Positions 37,838-47,678 of a stretch of DNA of 64,000 nucleotides are shown piece by piece. Positions within the stretch are counted from its first letter, which is position 1. Each line of letters begins with the position of its first letter. This DNA is from Nitrospiraceae bacterium (GTDB lineage: Bacteria; Nitrospirota; Nitrospiria; Nitrospirales; Nitrospiraceae). Location: assembly GCA_050246315.1 (NCBI GenBank), contig JBFWWG010000001.1, positions 64,001 to 128,000 on the forward strand. The letters are read 5' to 3'. The position numbers were made by a program, and so were the translations under genes. The notes beneath the pieces are model-generated. The model was not told where the DNA came from. It saw only the letters and a list, made by a program, of their open reading frames with translations, and did not search any database.

Positions 37838-40546
37838 ATGGCACTGAAACCAACCACCAGTCCTGACAAGGAAGCGACGACCATCGAATTGTCCATCGAT
37901 GGCCAACCGGTCACGGCTAAGGACGGCGTCTCTCTGTACGACGTGATCGCGAGCACCGGCAAGATCATTCCCGCCATGTGCTACCACTATACGTTCGACC
38001 CGTTCGGCTCCTGCGGCATGTGCCTGGTCATGCAGGAAGGCAAGAAGGCGCCGGTCCGTTCCTGCACCGCCAAAGCGACCGCCGGGATGATCATTCGCAC
38101 GGAAGGTGAGGATTTGTTCCTGGCTCGCAAGAAGGCGGTGGAGAAGCATCTCTCCGTCCATCCGCTCGACTGTCCGGTGTGCGATGCGGACGGCCATTGC
38201 GAGTTGCAGGACATGGCCTTTCTCCATGGGGTCACGAATCTGGCCAGCGCCAAACAGAAGCTCATCCCCGAGGACACGCGCAGCCTGGTGCTGGACTTCA
38301 ACATGAATCGCTGCATCGCCTGCGGCGAATGCATCAACATCTGCAAGGACGTGCAGATGATCGACGCGCTTCAGTTCATGAAAAAGGGCGGCTTTAATCA
38401 GGTCGTGGCCAAGGGAGACCAGCCGTTGCAATGCGAGTTCTGCGGCGACTGTTTGGCCGTCTGCCCGGTCGGCGCCATTACCAACAAGTACTCGAAGTAT
38501 CAGTACAAGCCCTGGCAGATGAAGAAAACCCTGACCACCTGTAACTACTGCGGGGACGGCTGCCAGATGTATGTGGAGACCAAAGACACGCAGGTGGTGC
38601 GGGTGACCTCCCATTTATCCTGGAAGAACAAGTGGGGCGATCGAACCGAGACAGCCAAAGGCCACGGCGGCCTCTGTGTGCGAGGCCGGTTCGGGTTTCA
38701 GTTCATCGACAGCAAGACGCGCTTGACGCAGCCACTCGTTCGTCGAGAGGGAGAGCTGATGTCGGCTCCCTGGCTGGATACCATGCACGAGCTCATCGAG
38801 CGCATCGAGACCGTCAAAAGTATGTACGGACCACAGGCGATCGCGGGACTCATCACCGCGCGCTGCACCAACGAAGAACTGTACCTGTTCCAGAAGCTGA
38901 TGCGCGTGGCACTCCGCACCAATCAGATCGACAGCAGCGCGAGATACGGCCACTTGAATTTCGTCCACGCGGTGCGCCAGTCTCTGGGGGTCGGCCGGAT
39001 GACCAACGACTCCGAAGACCTCACCAAGGCCAAGGCCATTTTGCTGGTCGGGTCCAACCTCACCGAGACCAATCCGGTGGCGAGTCTGCGTGTCAAGGAG
39101 GCGATCCGAGTTTACCAGGCCCAAGTGATCGTCATCGACTCCTTTAGTACCAACATCGCAAAGTTGGCCTCGCACCCTACAATGGTCAAGCCGGGCACGG
39201 AAGGGCTCTTCGTACAAGGATTGGTCAAGGCCGCCTTGGATAGTGATCTCATCGACCAGGATGCGACCGCTGCACATCCGCAAACCTTGGCCGCGCTGAA
39301 ACGGGCGGCATCCAGTCTGTCGCTGGAACGGATCGCATCCCAAACCGGTACAGCCGTCAAGCAGATCGTCGAAGCCGCGACCCTGTTCGCCGAAGCGCCC
39401 CGCGCCCTGGTCATCGCCGGCGAGGGCGTCGTGCGACGGAGCGGCGGCTATCGCACCTTGCTCACCCTGGTCGATTTCCTCTGGATCACGGGGAAGTTGG
39501 GACGGCCGGGCTGCGGCCTCAACACGGTGGTCGAAGAGGCCAACGAACAGGGCGCCGTTGATATGGGCGTCGCGCCCGAATTTCTCCCTGGCCAAGCGTC
39601 GTTCTCCGACGAAGCCGCTCGGGCCAGATTCGCCAAGGCCTGGGGGTCGGAGCAGCAGCCGGTGACGTTGCCGGCGGCCGGGTCCGGCGCAACCTTGATG
39701 GAGATCCTCGACCGTTGCCGTACCGGGCAGATCAAGGCGCTCTATCTTGTGGGAGAGAATCCGCTCGAAACGTTGCCGGCCTCCGCCGATGTCCGGTCCG
39801 CTCTTGAGAAGCTCGATCTCTTGATCTGCCAGGATCCCTTTTTGACCGAGACCGGCAAGCTCGCCCACTTTGTCTTGCCGGCCTGTACCTTTGCCGAAAA
39901 AGATGGAACGGTGACCAATCAAGAGGGACAGGTGCAACGAGTCCGCCAAACGCTTGATCCTATCGGAGAAAGCCTCCCGGACTGGCATATCATGACGGCG
40001 CTGGCCAGCGGGCTCGGCCATCAGTGGGACTATGAGTCCTCCCAGGACATTCAGAACGAAATTATGAAGCTGTTGCCGGGCTACTATAATCTCGGCCAAG
40101 CCAAGAAGCCTCCGGTATTGCTTGACGCCTACTTTTCCAACAGTGATGCGACCCAGGTCTCTTCGCGGTATGCCCAGCCTGTGACCGACCTAGCGCCGGA
40201 CAAGCCCTATCGTTTGATCATGGGACAGTTGCTGTACCACTCGGGTAAGCTCTCGACGCAAGCATCTGGCTTGATCAACATCGCGCCCAACAACGGCCGT
40301 CTCCATATGAGCCTGGAGGACCTTTCGCGTCTGGGGTTGGCGGAAGGGGGCACCGTCCGAGTCACCTCAGCCACAGGCTCGCTGGTCATGGCCGTGCAGC
40401 CGAATACGGCCGTCATGCCGGGTACCTGTTTCTTCCCGGAGCATTTTAACGAGCCTCCCGTGAAGGACCTGATGGCGGTCGATGTCGATCCGATCACGAA
40501 GGTTCCGACTTTCAAGTTTACCCCAGTGTTTGCGGAGAAGGCCTAA
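37838..40546 (+). CDS. nuoG: NuoG-like Fe-S / molybdopterin-oxidoreductase-fold subunit
   Basis: 2Fe-2S motif (C...SCGMC...C), HPLDCPVC...C, CIACGEC/CEFCGDC, CNYCGDGC...C; C-terminal Mo-oxidoreductase fold. ATG 37838 after AAGGA. Confidence 0.85.
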   Translation: MALKPTTSPDKEATTIELSIDGQPVTAKDGVSLYDVIASTGKIIPAMCYHYTFDPFGSCGMCLVMQEGKKAPVRSCTAKATAGMIIRTEGEDLFLARKKAVEKHLSVHPLDCPVCDADGHCELQDMAFLHGVTNLASAKQKLIPEDTRSLVLDFNMNRCIACGECINICKDVQMIDALQFMKKGGFNQVVAKGDQPLQCEFCGDCLAVCPVGAITNKYSKYQYKPWQMKKTLTTCNYCGDGCQMYVETKDTQVVRVTSHLSWKNKWGDRTETAKGHGGLCVRGRFGFQFIDSKTRLTQPLVRREGELMSAPWLDTMHELIERIETVKSMYGPQAIAGLITARCTNEELYLFQKLMRVALRTNQIDSSARYGHLNFVHAVRQSLGVGRMTNDSEDLTKAKAILLVGSNLTETNPVASLRVKEAIRVYQAQVIVIDSFSTNIAKLASHPTMVKPGTEGLFVQGLVKAALDSDLIDQDATAAHPQTLAALKRAASSLSLERIASQTGTAVKQIVEAATLFAEAPRALVIAGEGVVRRSGGYRTLLTLVDFLWITGKLGRPGCGLNTVVEEANEQGAVDMGVAPEFLPGQASFSDEAARARFAKAWGSEQQPVTLPAAGSGATLMEILDRCRTGQIKALYLVGENPLETLPASADVRSALEKLDLLICQDPFLTETGKLAHFVLPACTFAEKDGTVTNQEGQVQRVRQTLDPIGESLPDWHIMTALASGLGHQWDYESSQDIQNEIMKLLPGYYNLGQAKKPPVLLDAYFSNSDATQVSSRYAQPVTDLAPDKPYRLIMGQLLYHSGKLSTQASGLINIAPNNGRLHMSLEDLSRLGLAEGGTVRVTSATGSLVMAVQPNTAVMPGTCFFPEHFNEPPVKDLMAVDVDPITKVPTFKFTPVFAEKA

Positions 40547-40586
40547 GCGAGGACGCGGGACCTCGCGCCGCCCTAAAGAGCACACG

Positions 40587-41174
40587 ATGAAAGTCACCGG
40601 TGTAACCAAGAAGATCCTCCACGCAATCCTGTTCGACGAGATCTGGGACGCCATGAAGGTGACCTTCAAACACATGTTTCACCGGCCAATTACCTTTCAA
40701 TATCCGCGCGAGCAGCGGCAGATCCCGGATACCCACCGGGGCGCGCTCGCACTGTTGCGATACGACGACGGCAAGGAACGGTGCGTGGGATGCGATCTGT
40801 GCGAAGCCGCCTGTCCGTCGCGCTGCATCAAAGTGATCAGCGCGGAGGACAAGTCGCTGCCGCTCCAGCGCTACGCCAGCGAGTTTTACATCGACATTAC
40901 CAAATGCGTCTTTTGCGGCTATTGCGTCGAAGCCTGTCCCGTCAACGCCCTCGCCATGACCAAGCTCTACGAGTTTTCCACCCACGATAAACGGACGCTC
41001 TTGTTCGATAAAAAGCGGCTATACGAGATCGGTGAAAAATACTTGGAAGACGGCAAGAGATATCTCTATGCCCACGGCCAGGAAAAAAACAGCGACTCGA
41101 GCCGCGAGTACCGATATTACTTCCCCCAGTCCGTGGCGAAGGGGACGCAGCCGCCGCCGAAGCACCTCACGTAA
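40587..41174 (+). CDS. nuoI: Complex I subunit I
   Basis: TFQYP, CVGCDLCEAACP, CVFCGYCVEACP. Confidence 0.97.
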   Translation: MKVTGVTKKILHAILFDEIWDAMKVTFKHMFHRPITFQYPREQRQIPDTHRGALALLRYDDGKERCVGCDLCEAACPSRCIKVISAEDKSLPLQRYASEFYIDITKCVFCGYCVEACPVNALAMTKLYEFSTHDKRTLLFDKKRLYEIGEKYLEDGKRYLYAHGQEKNSDSSREYRYYFPQSVAKGTQPPPKHLT

Positions 41175-41213
41175 GCGACCGTGCACCGGCCTATCGAAGG
41201 AATGTAGAAGACG

Positions 41214-41744
41214 ATGATCGCGGTGTTCTTTGCATATTTCTCGCTGGTGGCCATTATTGCCGGCGTGCTAACGGTCGCATTGAAAAACCCCGTCCATTGC
41301 GGCCTGGCGCTGTTAGCCCTGCTGCTGCACGTCTCCGGCCTGTTCATTCTGCTGAACGCCGAATTCCTGTGGGCGGTGCAGGTGATCGTTTACGCTGGCG
41401 CGATTCTGGTGCTCTATCTGTTCGTGCTCATGCTCTTGAACTTGAAGACCGAGGAGCGGTATTTCCATGCCCACTACCCTTATTTGTTGGCGCCGGCGGT
41501 CTTGGGCAGTCTCTACCTCCTGTTCATTTTGTTCCGTACCCCGTTTGGAGGAGCGAAGGGCGATGCGCCCACTGATCTCACGTTGAAGACCGGCAATACC
41601 GTCGCGATCGGCCTCAAGATGTTCAGCGACCACATCTTGCAATTCGAGATCATCGGTCTGTTCCTCACGGCCGCGATCGTCGGAGCTATCGTGTTGGCCA
41701 AGACCCCGACGGACGCCAGGCCGGAGCCCCAGGATCGTCCATGA
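41214..41744 (+). CDS. nuoJ: Complex I subunit J
   Basis: [26 protein letters not shown]...[10 protein letters not shown]. Confidence 0.96.
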   Translation: MIAVFFAYFSLVAIIAGVLTVALKNPVHCGLALLALLLHVSGLFILLNAEFLWAVQVIVYAGAILVLYLFVLMLLNLKTEERYFHAHYPYLLAPAVLGSLYLLFILFRTPFGGAKGDAPTDLTLKTGNTVAIGLKMFSDHILQFEIIGLFLTAAIVGAIVLAKTPTDARPEPQDRP

Positions 41745-41757
41745 GGGGGAGCGAGAG

Positions 41758-42075
41758 ATGGCATGGTTCTATTTAATCGTCGCCGGATTGTTCGAGGTCG
41801 GATGGGCGGTCTCGTTGAAGTATACGGAGGGGTTTACTCGGGTGTGGCCAAGCACGATGTTCGGCATCTCCATGGCTCTGAGCATCTGGTTGCTGGCTCT
41901 GGCACTCAGGACGATTCCCATCGGAACCGGCTATGCCGTCTGGACCGGCATCGGCGCGGCCGGAACCGCGACGCTGGGCATGCTGCTCTTCGGAGAATCG
42001 CGCGATACGTGGCGAATGCTCAGCCTTCTCTTCATCATCGTTGGGATTGTCGGGCTCAAGGTCTCGTCCACCTAA
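41758..42075 (+). CDS. gdx: SMR transporter, Gdx/SugE subtype
   Basis: 105 aa, 4 [54 protein letters not shown]. Confidence 0.88.
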   Translation: MAWFYLIVAGLFEVGWAVSLKYTEGFTRVWPSTMFGISMALSIWLLALALRTIPIGTGYAVWTGIGAAGTATLGMLLFGESRDTWRMLSLLFIIVGIVGLKVSST

Positions 42076-42130
42076 TGGCCCACTTGAGCATGCTGAAGAC
42101 AACTCCTTGTGGCGGGGTGACGGGACCATC

Positions 42131-42433
42131 ATGATTCCTCTGTCTGCCTACGTGACCGTAAGCACGATCCTGTTCATGACCGGTGTCCTCGGCGTGTTGA
42201 TCCGGCGAAATTTCATTATCGTCCTGATGTCCGTGGAGATCATGTTGAACGCAGCCAATATCAACCTCGTGGCGTTTTCCCACTACCTCGAGTCGATGGC
42301 AGGGCAGATGGTCGCGCTGTTCGTCATCGCCATTGCGGCCGGAGAAGCCGCCATCGGCCTGGCGATCATCATCGTCGTGTTTCGGGGCAAAATCTCGACC
42401 AACGTGGACGAGATGAATTTATTGAAGTGGTGA
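42131..42433 (+). CDS. nuoK: Complex I subunit K
   Basis: RRNFIIVLMSVEIMLNAANINLV, GQ, AAGEAAIGLA, NLLKW. Confidence 0.97.
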   Translation: MIPLSAYVTVSTILFMTGVLGVLIRRNFIIVLMSVEIMLNAANINLVAFSHYLESMAGQMVALFVIAIAAGEAAIGLAIIIVVFRGKISTNVDEMNLLKW

Positions 42434-42434
42434 C

Positions 42435-44405
42435 ATGTTCGACTGGTTGGTTCTGCTGATCCCCATCTTTCCCCTAGTCGCGGCGATCGTCAACGGTCTG
42501 CTCGGCAGCCGGTATTCGCACCATACGGCCGCGCGGCTGGCCTGCGGCTCCGTGTTCCTGTCGTTCCTCTGCGTCGTCGCCGTCTTCGCGGACGTGCTGA
42601 GCACCGGCGGCGCCCGCGACGTCGTCGCGTATCAATGGATCTTCGGCGGAGATCTCAATATCAATCTCGCCTATCTGATCGATCCGCTGACCTGCATCAT
42701 GCTGCTCGTCGTGACCGGGGTGGGCTTTCTGATCCACCTTTATTCGGTCGGCTACATGCACGGCGAAGACGGGTTCACGCGCTTCTTCACGTACATGAAC
42801 CTGTTCATGGTCTCCATGTTGCTTCTCGTGATGGGGAACAATTATGTCGTGCTGTTCATCGGATGGGAAGGCGTGGGACTCTGCTCCTACCTGTTGATCG
42901 GCTACTACTACGAGAAGGTCTCGGCCGCCAAGGCGGCAACCAAGGCCTTCGTGGTCAACCGGATCGGCGACGCGGGCTTTCTCCTGGCCATCTTCCTCGT
43001 CTTCGTGAATTTCAAGACGCTGGATTACACCACGGTGTTGGCGCAGGCCAGCCAGATTTCTCCGGAAATGGCGACAGCGATCGCCCTCTGCCTCTTGATC
43101 GGAGCGGTCGGCAAATCTGCGCAGATTCCCCTGTACACCTGGTTACCCGATGCGATGGAAGGTCCCACCCCGGTGAGCGCGCTCATTCACGCTGCCACCA
43201 TGGTTACGGCGGGAGTCTACATGATCGTCCGCAACCACGTGTTTTACGACATGTCGCCGACCGCGATGACCACCGTAGGCCTCATCGGCGGCTCGACGGC
43301 CCTCTTCGCCGCCACGATCGGCTTGGTGCAGACCGACATCAAGCGCGTGCTCGCCTACTCCACGGTAAGCCAGCTCGGGTACATGTTCTTGGGTTGCGGC
43401 GTCGGAGCCTATGCGGCAGCCATTTTTCACCTGATGACCCATGCCTTCTTCAAGGCTCTGCTGTTTCTCTCAGCCGGTTCCGTCATTCACGCGCTCCAAG
43501 GGGAGCAGGATATCCGCAAGATGGGCGGGTTGCATTCGAAGATTCCCTGGACGCATCGCGTGTTTCTCATCGGGACGCTGGCAATCGCGGGGATCTTCCC
43601 CTTTGCCGGTTTCTGGAGCAAGGACGAGATTATGGCCCATGCCTTCTCCCATCATCACTATCTCCTGTACGGGATGGCGGCCCTGGGGGCCTTGCTCACG
43701 TCCTTCTATATGTTCCGCCTGACCTACCTGACATTTTATGGGGAATCGCGGGTGGACCACCACACGCTGGACCATGCCCATGAGTCTCCGCCGGTCATGC
43801 TCGGCCCGCTGTTCGTCTTAGCCGCCTTGTCGCTGGTGGGCGGCCTGCCCGGAATCCCGCCGGAACACGGGTGGTTCCATCGCTTTCTCAGTCCGGTGAC
43901 GGGCTCAGGAGGAGGAGAGCATGAAGTCGGCGCCGGCCTCACGATCATGCTCATGGGCGTGGCCACCGTGATTGCCCTGTTGGGCTGGCTGCTGGCCCAC
44001 TTCCTTTACACCGTGAAACCAGGAACGGCCGACACGTGGGCGGCTCGATCGCCGGGGCTCTATGCCGCGCTGTTGAACAAATGGTACGTCGATGAGATTT
44101 ACGACGCGGTGTTCGTCGAACCGATGAAGCGGCTGGGACTCGTCTGGGACTGGGTCGACCGAACGGTGATCGACGGGATCGTCCGCGGCGTCGGACGCGC
44201 GACCGAATTGACTGCGGCCGGCAGCACTTGGACCGAAAAGTACGTGATCTACGGATTCCTCAACATTGTCGGGTACGCCAACCACCTGATGGCGCGCTCC
44301 TGGCGGAAACTGCAAAGCGGCCTCGTGCATCATTATGCCGCCATCATCGTGGCCGGACTGTTTGTGATCGTCCATCTCGTGCTGATCTGGTGGAACGCAT
44401 CCTAA
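42435..44405 (+). CDS. nuoL: Complex I subunit L
   Basis: GWEGVGLCSYLLIG, GKSAQIPL.TWLPDAMEGPTPVSALIHAATMV, HAFFKALLF. Confidence 0.98.
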   Translation: MFDWLVLLIPIFPLVAAIVNGLLGSRYSHHTAARLACGSVFLSFLCVVAVFADVLSTGGARDVVAYQWIFGGDLNINLAYLIDPLTCIMLLVVTGVGFLIHLYSVGYMHGEDGFTRFFTYMNLFMVSMLLLVMGNNYVVLFIGWEGVGLCSYLLIGYYYEKVSAAKAATKAFVVNRIGDAGFLLAIFLVFVNFKTLDYTTVLAQASQISPEMATAIALCLLIGAVGKSAQIPLYTWLPDAMEGPTPVSALIHAATMVTAGVYMIVRNHVFYDMSPTAMTTVGLIGGSTALFAATIGLVQTDIKRVLAYSTVSQLGYMFLGCGVGAYAAAIFHLMTHAFFKALLFLSAGSVIHALQGEQDIRKMGGLHSKIPWTHRVFLIGTLAIAGIFPFAGFWSKDEIMAHAFSHHHYLLYGMAALGALLTSFYMFRLTYLTFYGESRVDHHTLDHAHESPPVMLGPLFVLAALSLVGGLPGIPPEHGWFHRFLSPVTGSGGGEHEVGAGLTIMLMGVATVIALLGWLLAHFLYTVKPGTADTWAARSPGLYAALLNKWYVDEIYDAVFVEPMKRLGLVWDWVDRTVIDGIVRGVGRATELTAAGSTWTEKYVIYGFLNIVGYANHLMARSWRKLQSGLVHHYAAIIVAGLFVIVHLVLIWWNAS

Positions 44406-44456
44406 CGAAATCATGCGCATGACGAGGATATTCACGACTGGAAGCGAGCCGATCTA

Positions 44457-46016
44457 ATGCTGGAAGAGCTGTCGTTCAATTTCCCCATTTTGTCCTGCCT
44501 CTTGGTCGTCCCGTTGCTGGGGGCGCTCGTGCTGTGGTTCCTGGACGACGAGGAGATGGTGAAGGCCGTCGGCCTCGGTGTGTCCCTGTTGGAGCTGGCG
44601 CTGGCCATCGTCGTGCTCGTGCATTTTGTGCCTGATTCGCCAGCCATGCAGTTCGTCGAGCGTGTCCCATGGATCGCCCCGCTCGGCGTCAGCTACCACC
44701 TGGGGGTGGACGGTATCAGCGTGCTCTTCGTCGGCGTGACCGCCTTCCTGACCACGCTCGTCATCGTGTATTCCTGGGACCAGGTGCGGCACAAGATGCG
44801 CCTCTATTTGATGGCCTTGCTGGCCCTCGAAACGGCAACGATGGGTGTGTTCGTCAGCCTGGACCTCTTCGTCTTTTTTGTGTTCTGGGAGTTGCTGCTG
44901 ATTCCCAGCTACTTCCTGATCAAGCTCTGGGGTGGAGGCGCAGAGCGTCAATATGCCGCCCTGAAGTTCACGCTCTATACACTCTTGGGCAGCGTCTTCA
45001 TGCTCGTGGGAATCGCGCTCCTCGACCTCAACTACCACAGTTGGGCGGTGCGCAGTCATATCGAGCCGGCCTACTCCTTCGATTTTCTCGAACTCCTGCA
45101 GGCCCCGATCTCGGTCAATAAACAAATTCTGATCTTCTGGCTGCTGTTCCTGGGCTTCGCCTTCAAGGCACCACTGTTTCCCTTCCACACCTGGCTGCCG
45201 GATGCCCTGCTGGAAGGTCCGATCGGCATGGCGGTCATGCTGGCCGGGGTCAAGCTCGGCACCTATGGATTCCTCCGGTTCAGCCTCCCGTTGCTGCCCG
45301 AAGCCTCCAAGCACGACAGTGTGGTGACCATCATGATGGTGCTGGCCCTGTCCGGCATTGTCTATGGCGCCATCGTGGCGCTCATCCAGCCTGATTTCAG
45401 GCGACTGCTGGCCTTCAGCAGCGTCAGCCACTTGGGATTCGTCGCGGTCGGGGCCTTCGCGCTGAACTACCAGGGAATTCAAGGCAGCCTCTTGACGATG
45501 ATCAACCTGGGCTTCAGCACGGCGGGACTCTTCTTCGTGGCGGGATTTCTGTATGCCAGAAGACAGAGCACCCATCTGTCGTCGTTTGGCGGTCTTGCCA
45601 AACAGGCTCCGCTACTCGCGACCTTCCTGCTGATCATTGGATTGGCCTCGATCGGGCTGCCCGGGACGAATGGGTTCGTCGGCGAATTCTTGATCCTCAT
45701 GGGCGCCTTCAAAGCCTATTGGCTGTACGGCGCCATCGCGGTCACCGGCGTCATCACCGGGGCGGCCTATTTCCTGTGGTATTACGAGCGGTCCATGTTG
45801 GGCCCGCTCGGCAAGGGCCTGGCTCAGGCGGTACCTGATCTCAAGTTGGGAGAAGTGGTCATCAGCGTCTCACTGACGATCATGATCATCTGGATCGGCC
45901 TGTATCCTTCTCCCTTCCTACGCATGATGAACGGCTCCGTCCAAGCGCTCGTCGACCGCTTGGACCGAGGCACCGTCACCATGATCGATGCCACGCGGCA
46001 TTCGATGCGAGACTAG
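44457..46016 (+). CDS. nuoM: Complex I subunit M (copy 1)
   Basis: LGVDGIS, FWE, FAFKAPLFPFHTWLPDA, KLGTYG, LPGTNGFVGE. Confidence 0.95.
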   Translation: MLEELSFNFPILSCLLVVPLLGALVLWFLDDEEMVKAVGLGVSLLELALAIVVLVHFVPDSPAMQFVERVPWIAPLGVSYHLGVDGISVLFVGVTAFLTTLVIVYSWDQVRHKMRLYLMALLALETATMGVFVSLDLFVFFVFWELLLIPSYFLIKLWGGGAERQYAALKFTLYTLLGSVFMLVGIALLDLNYHSWAVRSHIEPAYSFDFLELLQAPISVNKQILIFWLLFLGFAFKAPLFPFHTWLPDALLEGPIGMAVMLAGVKLGTYGFLRFSLPLLPEASKHDSVVTIMMVLALSGIVYGAIVALIQPDFRRLLAFSSVSHLGFVAVGAFALNYQGIQGSLLTMINLGFSTAGLFFVAGFLYARRQSTHLSSFGGLAKQAPLLATFLLIIGLASIGLPGTNGFVGEFLILMGAFKAYWLYGAIAVTGVITGAAYFLWYYERSMLGPLGKGLAQAVPDLKLGEVVISVSLTIMIIWIGLYPSPFLRMMNGSVQALVDRLDRGTVTMIDATRHSMRD

Positions 46017-46022
46017 GGACTC

Positions 46023-47678
46023 ATGGCTGATTACGCGCTGCTGTACATTTTGTTCGCTCCGTTTCTCGGCGTCATCGCGCTCATCTTCACCCCTGAGCGC
46101 CAGACGCTCCTCATCCGGAGTATCGCGGCCTGCGCGGCCGGCATCAGCCTCCTGGCCTCGTTCTATATATTTTTCGCCTATGACCCGGCCAAGGGCGGCT
46201 TTCAGTTCGTCCAGCGGTACGAGTGGTCTCGCGAACTGGGCATCGCGTTTTATCTCGGCGTGGACGGCATCGGCACCCCGCTGGTGCTGGCCTCCTGCAT
46301 TTTGCTCTTCGCCGGCATTTTCGTGTCGTGGCACATCAAGGACCGAGTGAAGCAATTCTATAGCTGGCTGCTGATCCTCGCGGCCGCCACGATCGGCGTC
46401 TTCATGTCGCTCGACCTCTTCTTCCTGTACTTCTTCTACGAAATGTCTGTCATTCCCATGTATCTGCTCTTGGGCATGTGGGGGAGCCACACCAAGAAAT
46501 ACCTCGAAATGACGGATCCGGATGGCTTAAAGAAGCGCGATTCGGTCGGGTTCATCTTCAATTTCGCCTCGAACAGCAAAGAGTACGCCGCAATGAAGCT
46601 CGTGCTCTTCCTGTCGGCGTTTGCCGTAACCGCACTGATGGGCATTCTGCTGATCTACAAATTCTCAGGGCTCAATACCTTCGACATTCTGGAGTTGCGT
46701 GAGAAGGCCCATTTCAGCGGACCGGTTGCGACAATCATCTGGCTGTTGATCTTCTTCGGGTTTGCGTCGATCGCCCCGATTTGGCCCCTGCACTCCTGGT
46801 CGCCCGTCGGTCACGCGGCCGCCCCCGCTGCGACGAGCATGCTTCACGCCGGCGTGCTCATGAAACTCGGACATTTCTCCATCATTCGTGTCGCATTTGA
46901 AATTCTTCCGGAGACGACCCGCGAGTTGATGCCGATTGCTGCCATCCTGTCCATCTTCAGCATGCTGTACGGAGGCTTCGTCGCGTTCTATGCCAAGGAC
47001 ACCAAGTACGTCATCGGTTATTCGAGTTCCAGCCACATGGGTTATGTATTTCTTGGCATGGCGGCGCTGGACTATATCAGCCTGAGCGGAGCGGTCATCT
47101 ATATGTTTGCCCACGCCTTGGCCACCAGCATGCTCTTCGCCATGGCCGGTTGGGTCTACGACCAAACCCACACGCGAGACATTCCGTCGTTGGGAGGACT
47201 GGTCAACCGCATGCCGTTTATCGCCGGTTGCACGATCGTGGCCTGTATGGCCTCCGTCGGCATGCCGGGCACGGTGAACTTCATTGCCGAGGTTATGATC
47301 ATCGTCGGGAGTTGGAACAAGTACCCGCTGCAAGTGATTGTGGCCGTCATCGGCATCGTCCTGACCATGGGTTATCTCTTCCGTATGATGCGCGCGGTCT
47401 TCTACGGCCCCATGGACCAACACCATAGCCACGCGCACGACGCCGTCGCGGCCGTGGACCGGGTGCCCTTCTTCCTGATGATGGCCTGCAGCATCGGGTT
47501 TTTCCTGTTCCCGGGGCATTTCTATTCCGTCGTCCGCTCGGGAGTCGATCCGCTGGTCGCGCGGATTTCTAAGGTGGTGCCCGTGGCCACCATCGAGCCC
47601 TCCGCTGAACGAACCGTTGAGCTTGCGCAGTCTCCGACTGGAGCCGGTGCCTTACGCCGGGAGGCCGGGCGGCCATGA
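46023..47678 (+). CDS. nuoM: Complex I subunit M (copy 2)
   Basis: LGVDGIG, FFYE, PLHSWSP, MKLG, SSSSHMG, GMPGTVNFIAE. Confidence 0.93.
   Translation: MADYALLYILFAPFLGVIALIFTPERQTLLIRSIAACAAGISLLASFYIFFAYDPAKGGFQFVQRYEWSRELGIAFYLGVDGIGTPLVLASCILLFAGIFVSWHIKDRVKQFYSWLLILAAATIGVFMSLDLFFLYFFYEMSVIPMYLLLGMWGSHTKKYLEMTDPDGLKKRDSVGFIFNFASNSKEYAAMKLVLFLSAFAVTALMGILLIYKFSGLNTFDILELREKAHFSGPVATIIWLLIFFGFASIAPIWPLHSWSPVGHAAAPAATSMLHAGVLMKLGHFSIIRVAFEILPETTRELMPIAAILSIFSMLYGGFVAFYAKDTKYVIGYSSSSHMGYVFLGMAALDYISLSGAVIYMFAHALATSMLFAMAGWVYDQTHTRDIPSLGGLVNRMPFIAGCTIVACMASVGMPGTVNFIAEVMIIVGSWNKYPLQVIVAVIGIVLTMGYLFRMMRAVFYGPMDQHHSHAHDAVAAVDRVPFFLMMACSIGFFLFPGHFYSVVRSGVDPLVARISKVVPVATIEPSAERTVELAQSPTGAGALRREAGRP

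Noticed and set aside
38615..40099. Long antisense or alternate-frame ORFs (also 30669-31682, 42635-43783, 44454-45575, 56475-57548)
   Set aside because: Shadow ORFs of well-supported genes in GC-rich DNA, with no recognisable domains.
41700..41757. Guanidine riboswitch upstream of gdx
   Set aside because: An ACGG occurs in the nuoJ tail but without flanking stems or a second ACGR hairpin; the intergenic gap is 13 bp.
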